Origin: Eledone cirrhosa
Taxonomy: Eukaryota
Length of the DNA: 64,000 nucleotides
Reading direction: 5' to 3'
Assembly (NCBI GenBank): GCA_964016885.1
Contig: OZ024743.1
Coordinates: 205,406,001 to 205,470,000, forward strand
The position numbers and the translations under genes are program-made. This document shows, piece after piece, positions 55,645 to 64,000 of the stretch. A model generated the notes under the pieces. The model saw nothing but the letters and a program-made list of their open reading frames with translations. It did no database searches and was not told where the DNA came from. How positions within the stretch are numbered: the stretch's first letter is position 1; every line of letters starts with the position of its first letter.

Positions 55645-58600
55645 GGCTGCAAATTATCTCCCCTTGATTTTTTTTACAAATTATCTCCCCCTGATTTTTT
55701 TTTACAAATTATCTCCCCCTGATTTTTTTTTACAAATTATCTACCCGATTTTTTTTACAAATTATCTCCCCCTGATTTTTTTTTTACAAATTATCTCCCC
55801 CTGATTTTTTTTTTACGAATTATCTCCCCCTGATTTTTTTACAAATTATCTCCCCCTGATTTTTTTTACAATCTCCGCCTGATTTTTTAAAAAATTATCT
55901 TCCCTTGGCTGGCGGGAAATTATCTCCCCTTGGACGGCTGGAAATTATCTCCCCTTGCACGGCTGGAAATTATCTCCCCTTGGACAGCTGGAAATTATCT
56001 GCCCTTGATTTTGTTTTTACAAATTATCTCCCCCTGATTTTTTTTACAAATTATCTCCACCTGATTTTTTAAAAAATTATCTCCCCTTGGACGGCTGGAA
56101 ATTATCTCCCCTTGGCTGGAAATTATCTCCCCTTGGACGGCTAGAAATTATCTCTCTTTGGACGGCTGGAAATTATCTGCCTTTGATTTTTTTACAAATT
56201 ATCTCCCTCTGATTTTTTTTACAAATCTCCCCCTGATTTTTTGAAAAAAAATTATCTCCCCTTCGCTAGCTGGAAATTATCTCCCCTTGGACGGTGGAAA
56301 TTATAGCCCCTTGGAGGGCTGGAAATTATCTTCCCTTGGACGGCTGGAAATTATCTCCCCTTGATTTTTTTACAAATTATCTCCCCCTGATTTTTTTTAC
56401 AAATCTCCCAATGATTTTTTTAAAAAAATTATCTCCCCTTCGCTGGCTGGAAATTATCTCCCCTTGGACGGTGGAAATTATAGCCCCTTGGAGGGCTGGA
56501 AATTATCTTCCCTTGGACGGCTGGAAATTATCTCCCCTTGATTTTTTTAAAAAATTATCTCCCCTTGGACGGCTGGAAATTATCTCCCCTTGGACGGCTG
56601 GAAATTATCTCCCCTTGGACGGCTAGAAATTACCTCTCCTTGGACGGCTGAAAATTATCTCCCCTTGGACGGCTGCAAATTATCTCCCCTTGATTTTTTT
56701 TACAAATTATCTCCCCCTTATTTTTTTTTACAAATTATCTCCCCCTGATTTTTTTTTACAAATTATCTACCCCTGATTTTTTTTACAAATTATCTCCCCC
56801 TGATTTTTTTTACAATTTATCTCCCCCTGATTTTTTTTTTACAAATTATCTCCCCCTGATTTTTTTTTTACAAATTATCTCCCCCTGATTTTTTTACAAA
56901 TTATCTCCCCCTGATTTTTTTTACAATCTCCGCCTGATTTTTTTAAAAATTATCTTCCCTTGGCTGGCGGGAAATTATATCCCCTTGGACGGCTTGAAAT
57001 TATCTCCCCTTGCACGGCTGGAAATTATCTCCCCTTGGACAGCTGGAAATTATCTGCCCTTGATTTTGTTTTTACAAATTATCTCCACCTGATTTTTTTA
57101 AAAAATTATCGCCCCTTGGACGGCTGGAAATTATCTCCCCTTGGCTGGAAATTATCTCCCCTTGGACGGCTTGAAATTATCTCTCTTTGGACGGCTGGAA
57201 ATTATCTCCCTTTGATTTTTTTACAAATTATCTCCCTCTGATTTTTTTTACAAATCTCCCCCTGATTTTTTGAAAAAAAATTATCTCCCCTTCGCTAGCT
57301 GGAAATTATCTCCCCTTGGACACTGGAAATTATAGCCCCTTGGAGGGCTGGAAATTATCTTCCCTTGGACGGCTGGAAATTATCTCCCCTTGATTTTTTT
57401 TACAAATTATCTCCCCCTGATTTTTTTTTACAAATTATCTACCCCTGATTTTTTTTTTACAAATTATCTCCCCCTGTTTTTTGACAAATTATCTCCCCCT
57501 GATTTATTTTACAAATTATCTCCGCCTGACTTTTTAAAATATTATCTTCCCTTGGCTGGCGGGAAATAATCTCCCCTTGGACGGCTGGAAATTATCTGAC
57601 CTTGATTTTGTTTTTACAAATTATCTCCCCCTGATTTTTTTTACAAATTATCTCCTTCTGATTTTTGAAAAGATTATCTCCCCTTCGCTGGCTGGCAATT
57701 ATCTCCCCTTGGACGCTGGAAATTATAGCCCCCTGATTTTTTTACAAATTATCTCCCCCTGATTTTTTTTTACAAATTATCTCCACCTGATTTTTTTTTT
57801 ACAAATTATCTCCCCTTGGACGGCTGGAAATTATTTCCCCTTGGACGGCTGGAAATTATCTCCCCTTGGACGGCTAGAAATTACCTCTCCTTGGACGGCT
57901 GAAAATTATCTCCCCTTGGACGGCTGGAAATTATCTCCCCTTGATTTTTTTTTACAAATTATGTCCCCGTGATTTTTTTTTACAAATTATCTACCCCTGA
58001 TTTTTTTTTTACAAATTATCTCCCCCTGATTTTTTTTACAATTTATCTCCCCCTGATTTTTTTTTTACAAATTATCTCCCCCTGATTTTTTTACAAATTA
58101 TCTCCCCCTCATTTTTTTACAAATTATCTCCGCCTAATTTTTTTAAATATAATCTTTCCTTGGCTGGCGGGAAATTATCTCCCCTTGGACGGCTGGAAAT
58201 TATCTCCCCTTGGAAGGATGGAAATTATCTCCCCTTGGACGGCTGGAAATTATCTCCCCTTGCACTGCTGGAAATTATCTCCCCTTGGACGGCTGGAAAT
58301 TATCTGCCCTTGATTTTGTTTTTACAAATTATCTCCACCTGATTTTTTTTTCAAATTATCTCCACCTGATTTTTTAAAAAATTATCTCCCCTTGGACGGC
58401 CGGAAATTATCTCCCCTTGGACGGCTAGAAATTATCTCTCTTTGGACGGCTGGAAATTATCTCCTCTTGATTTTTTTTACAAATTATCTCCCCCTGATTT
58501 TTTTTACAAATCTCCCAGTGATTTTTTAAAAAAAAATTATCTCCCCTTCGCTGGCTGGAAATTATCTCCCCTTGGACGGCTAGAAATTATCTCTCTTTGG

Positions 58601-61600
58601 ACGGCTGGAAATTATCTCCCCTTGATTTTTTTTACAAATTATCTCCCCCTGATTTTTTTTTACAAATTATCTCCCCCTGATTTTTTTTTACAAATTATCT
58701 CCCCCTGATTTTTTTTACAAATTATCTCCCCTTGGACGGCTGGAAATTATCTCCCCTTGGCTGGAAAATATCTCCCCTTGGACGGCTAGAAATTATCTCT
58801 CTTTGGACGGCTGGAAATTATCTCCCCTTGATTTTTTTTACAAATTATCTCCCCCTGATTTTTTTTACAAATCTCCCAGTGATTTTTTAAAAAAAATTAT
58901 CTCCCCTTCGCTGGCTGGAAATTATCTCCCCTTGGACAAATTATCTGCCCTTGATTTTGTTTTTACAAATTATCTTCCCCTGATTTTTTTTTACAAATTA
59001 TCTCCCCCTGATTTTTTTTTTACAAATTATCTCCGCCTGATTTTTTTTTTAAATTATCTCCCCTTGGACGGCTGGAAATTATCTCCCCTTGGACGGCTGG
59101 AAATTATCTCCCCTTGGACGGCTAGAAATTACCTCTCCTTGGACGGCTGAAAATTATCTCCCCTTGGACGGCTGGAAATTATCTCCCATTGATTTTTTTA
59201 CAAATTATCTACCCCTGATTTTTTTTTACAAATTATCTCCCCCTGATTTTTTTACAAATTATCTCCCCCTGATTTTTTTTACAAATTATCTCCGCCTGAT
59301 TTTTTTAAATATTATCTTCCCTTGGCTGGCGGAAAATTATCTCCCCTTTGACGGCTGGAAATTATCTCCCCTTGGAAGGATGGAAATTATCTCCCCTTGG
59401 ACGCTGGAAATTATAGCCCCTTGAAGGGCTGGAAATTATCTTCCCTTGGCCGGCTGGAAATTATCTCCCCTTGATTTTTTTTACAAATTATCTCCGCCTG
59501 ATTTTTTTAAATATTATCTTCCCTTGGCTGGCGGGAAATTATCTCCCCTTGGACGGCTGGAAATTATTTCCCCTTGGAAGGATGGAAATTATCTCCCCTT
59601 GGACGGCTGGAAATAATCTCCCCTTGCACTGCTAGAAATTATCTCCCCTTGGACGGCTGGAAATTATCTGCCTTTGATTTTGTTTTTACAAATTATCTTC
59701 CCCTGATTTTTTTTTCAAATTATCTCCACCTGATTTTTTAAAAAATTATCTCCCCTTGGACGGCTGGAAATTATCTCCCCTTGGACGGCTAGAAATTATC
59801 TCTCTTTGGACGGCTGGAAATTATCTCCTCTTGATTTTTTTTACAAATTATCTCCCCCTGATTTTTTTTACAAATCTCCCAGTGATTTTTTTTTTTAAAT
59901 TATCTCCCCTTCGCTGGCTGGAAATTATCTCCCCTTGGACGGCTAGAAATTATCTCTCTTTGGACGGCTGGAAATTATCTCCCCTTGATTTTTTTTACAA
60001 ATTATCTCCCCCTGATTTTTTTTTACAAATTATCTCCCCCTGATTTTTTTTTACAAATTATCTCCCCCTGATTTTTTTTTACAAATTATCTCCCCCTGAT
60101 TTTTTTTACAAATTACCTCTTTTGGACGGCTGGAAATTATGTCTCCTTGGACGGCTGGAAATTATCTCCCCTTGGACGGCTGGAAATTATCTCCCCTTGG
60201 ACGGCTGGAAATTATCTCCCCTTGGACGGCTGGAAATTATCTCCCCTTGGACGGCTAGAAATTACCTCTCCTTGGACGGCTGAAAATTATCTCCCCTTGG
60301 ACGGCTGCAAATTATCTCCCCTTGATTTTTTTTACAAATTATCTCCCCCTGATTTTTTTTTACAAATTATCTCCCCCTGATTTTTTTTTACAAATTATCT
60401 ACCCCTGATTTTTTTTACAAATTATCTCCCCCTGATTTTTTTTTACAATTTATCTCCCCCTGATTTTTTTTTACAAATTATCTCCCCCTGATTTTTTTTT
60501 TACAAATTATCTCCCCCTGATTTTTTTACAAATTATCTCCCCCTGAATTTTTTTACAATCTCCGCCTGATTTTTTTAAAAATTATCTTCCCTTGGCTGGC
60601 GGGAAATTATCTCCCCTTGGACGGCTGGAAATTATCTCCCCTTGCACGGCTGGAAATTATCTCCCCTTGGACAGCTGGAAATTATCTGCCCTTGATTTTG
60701 TTTTTACAAATTATCTCCCCCTGATTTTTTTTACAAATTATCTCCACCTGATTTTTTAAAAAATTATCGCCCCTTGGACGGCTGGAAATTATCTCCCCTT
60801 GGCTGGAAATTATCTCCCCTTGGACGGCTAGAAATTATCTCTCTTTGGACGGCTGGAAATTATCTCCCTTTGATTTTTTTACAAATTATCTCCCTCTGAT
60901 TTTTTTTACAAATCTCCCCCTGATTTTTTGAAAAAAAATTATCTCCCCTTCGCTAGCTGGAAATTATCTCCCCTTGGACACTGGAAATTATAGCCCCTTG
61001 GAGGGCTGGAAATTATCTTCCCTTGGACGGCTGGAAATTATCTCCCCTTGATTTTTTTTACAAATTATCTCCCCCTGATTTTTTTTTACAAATTATCTCC
61101 CCCTGATTTTTTTTTTACAAATTATCTCCCCCTGTTTTTTTACAAATTATCTCCCCCTGATTTATTTTACAAATTATCTCCGCCTGATTTTTTTAAATAT
61201 TATCTTCCCTTGGCTGGCGGGAAATAATCTCCCCTTGGACGGCTGGAAATTATCTCCCCTTGGAAGGATGGAAATTATCTCCCCTTGGGCGGCTGGAAAT
61301 TATCTGACCTTGATTTTGTTTTTACAAATTATCTCCCCCTGATTTTTTTTACAAATTATCTCCTTCTGATTTTTGAAAAAATTATCTCCCCTTGGACGGC
61401 TGGAAATTATCTCCCCTTGGCTGAAATTATCTCCCCTTGGACGGCTAGAAATTATCTCTCTTTGGACGGCTGTAAATTATCTCCCCTTGATTTTTTTTAC
61501 AAATCTCCCAGTGATTTTTTTAAAAAAATTATCTCCCCTTCGCTGGCTGGAAATTATCTCCCCTTGGACGCTGGAAATTATAGCCCGCTGATTTTTTTAC

Positions 61601-64000
61601 AAATTATCTCCCCCTGATTTTTTTTTACAAATTATCTCCACCTGATATTTTTTTACAAATTATCTCCGCCTGATTTTTTTTTTAAATTATCTCTCCTTGA
61701 CGGCTGGAAATTATCTCCCCTTGGACGGCTGGAAATTATCTCCCCTTGATTTTTTTTTACAAATTATGTCCCCCTGATTTTTTTTTACAAATTATCTACT
61801 CCTAATTTTTTTTTACAAATTATCTCCCCCTGATTTTTTTTTACAAATTATCTCCCCCTGATTTTTTTGCAAATTATCTCACCCTGATTTTTTTACAAAT
61901 TATCTCCGCCTGATTTTTTTAAATATTATCTGCCCTTGGCTGGCGGGAAATTATCTCCCCTTGGACGGCTGGAAATTATCTCCCCTTGGAAGGATGGAAA
62001 TTATCTCCCCTTGGACGGCTGGAAATTATCTCCCCTTGCACTGCTGGAAATTATCTCCCCTTGGACGGCTGGAATTTATCTGCCTTTGATTTTGTTTTTA
62101 CAAATTATCTTCCCCTGATTTTTTTTTCAAATTATCTCCACCTGATTTTTTAAAAAATTATCTCCCCTTGGACGGCTGGAAATTATCTCCCCTTGGACGG
62201 CTAGAAATTATCTCTCTTTGGACGGCTGGAAATTATCTCCTCTTGATTTTTTTTACAAATTATCTCCCCCTGATTTTTTTTACAAATCTCCCAGTGATTT
62301 TTTTTTTAAATTATCTCCCCTTCGCTGGCTGGAAATTATCTCCCCTTGGACGGCTAGAAATTATCTCTCTTTGGACGGCTGGAAATTATCTCCCCTTGAT
62401 TTTTTTTACAAATTATCTCCCCCTGATTTTTTTTTACAAATTATCTCCCCCTGATTTTTTTTTACAAATTATCTCCCCCTGATTTTTTTTTACAAATTAT
62501 CTCCCCCTGATTTTTTTTACAAATTACCTCTTTTGGACGGCTGGAAATTATCTCCTCTTGGACGGCTGGAAATTATCTCCCTTTGGACGGCTGGAAATTA
62601 TCTCCCCTTGGACGGCTGGAAATTATCTCCCCTTGGACGGCTAGAAATTACCTCTCCTTGGACGGCTGAAAATTATCTCCCCTTGGACGGCTGCAAATTA
62701 TCTCCCCTTGATTTTTTTTACAAATTATCTCCCCCTGATTTTTTTTTACAAATTATCTCCCCCTGATTTTTTTTTACAAATTATCTACCCCTGATTCTTT
62801 TTACAAATTATCTCCCCCTGATTTTTTTTTACAATTTATCTCCCCCTGATTTTTTTTTACAAATTATCTCCCCCTGATTTTTTTTTTACAAATTATCTCC
62901 CCCTGATTTTTTTACAAATTATCTCCCCCTGATTTTTTTTACAATCTCCGCCTGATTTTTTTTTAAATTATCTTCCCTTGGCTGGCGGGAAATTATCTCC
63001 CCTTGGACGGCTGGAAATTATCTCCCCTTGCACGGCTGGAAATTATCTCCCCTTGGACAGCTGGAAATTATCTGCCCTTGATTTTGTTTTTACAAATTAT
63101 CTCCCCCTGATTTTTTTTACAAATTATCTCCACCTGATTTTTTAAAAAATTATCTCGCCTTGGACGGCTGGAAATTATCTCCCCTTGGCTGGAAATTATC
63201 TCCCCTTGGACGGCTAGAAATTATCTCTCTTTGGACGGCTGGAAATTATCTCCCTTTGATTTTTTTACAAATTATCTCCCTCTGATTTTTTTTACAAATC
63301 TCCCCCTGATTTTTTGAAAAAAAATTATCTCCCCTTCGCTAGCTGGAAATTATCTCCCCTTGGACACTGCAAATTATAGCCCCTTGGAGGGCTGGAAATT
63401 ATCTTCCCTTGGACAGCTGGAAATTATCTCCCCTTGATTTTTTTTACAAATTATCTCCCCCTGATTTTTTTTTACAAATTATCTCCCCCTGATTTTTTTT
63501 TTACAAATTATCTCCCCCTGTTTTTTGACAAATTATCTCCCCCTGATTTATTTTACAAATTATCTCCGCCTGACTTTTTAAAATATTATCTTCCCTTGGC
63601 TGGCGGGAAATAATCTCCCCTTGGACGGCTGGAAATTATCTGACCTTGATTTTGTTTTTACAAATTATCTCCCCCTGATTTTTTTTACAAATTATCTCCT
63701 TCTGATTTTTGAAAAGATTATCTCCCCTTCGCTGGCTGGCAATTATCTCCCCTTGGACGCTGGAAATTATAGCCCCCTGATTTTTTTACAAATTATCTCC
63801 CCCTGATTTTTTTTTACAAATTATCTCCACCTGATTTTTTTTTTACAAATTATCTCCCCTTGGACGGCTGGAAATTATCTCCCCTTGGACGGCTGGAAAT
63901 TATCTCCCCTTGGACGGCTAGAAATTACCTCTCCTTGGACGGCTGAAAATTATCTCCCCTTGGACGGCTGGAAATTATCTCCCCTTGATTTTTTTTTACA
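55644..64000 (+). repeat. Two-monomer 25-29-bp satellite with core AAATTATCTCCCC, about 320 monomers, runs off the right edge of the window
   Basis: Monomer A is GGAAATTATCTCCCCTTGGACGGCT (25 bp). Monomer B is ACAAATTATCTCCCCCTGA(T)7-10 (26-29 bp). The two occur in alternating runs with higher-order duplications. Confidence 0.97.

Noticed and set aside
55907-55916. Chi-like GCTGGCGG in the third satellite
   Set aside because: It has one mismatch to E. coli Chi (GCTGGTGG), arises as a simple monomer variant, and has no relevance in a eukaryotic satellite.
55589-63806. Short ORFs (LEIISPW, GNYLPLD, KLSPLG) in the third satellite
   Set aside because: They are three-frame readouts of the 25-bp monomer, with frames disrupted by variable T-runs.
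55644-64000. CRISPR-like appearance (constant core with variable intervening sequence)
   Set aside because: The core is only about 13 bp, the linkers are 12-16 bp of two recurring types rather than unique spacers, and there are no cas genes or leader.

Overview
The whole window is eukaryotic-type tandem-repeat (satellite) DNA. I find no credible protein-coding gene, RNA gene, CRISPR array or autonomous mobile element, and every ORF in the track is a translation artefact of a repeat. Three arrays abut with sharp junctions. (1) 1-13549 is a C/A-rich 7-bp satellite (CACCAAA/CACCAAG, with CAGCAAA/CGCCAAA islands) containing kb-scale internal duplications. (2) 13545-55644 is a head-to-tail macrosatellite of six full units (5976-6556 bp) and one truncated unit. 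Each unit contains, in order: a duplicated 65-bp CT-rich motif, a reverse-oriented (TTTTAATGG)-type block, a ~396-bp near-perfect foldback hairpin, ~200 bp of complex sequence, an interrupted (AT)n tract, ~3.1-3.6 kb of degenerate 10-11-bp (CCATTAAAA)-type repeat, a polarity switch, and a (TTTTA)n tract. (3) 55644-64000 is a two-monomer 25-29-bp satellite built on the core AAATTATCTCCCC. The most notable points are the conserved foldback in every unit, a ~6-kb duplication length seen in all three unrelated arrays, a new homogeneous repeat arising inside units 2-4, and microhomology at the first junction. Organism, chromosomal position and function cannot be determined from the sequence alone. 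Coordinates were counted by hand and may be off by a few bases.
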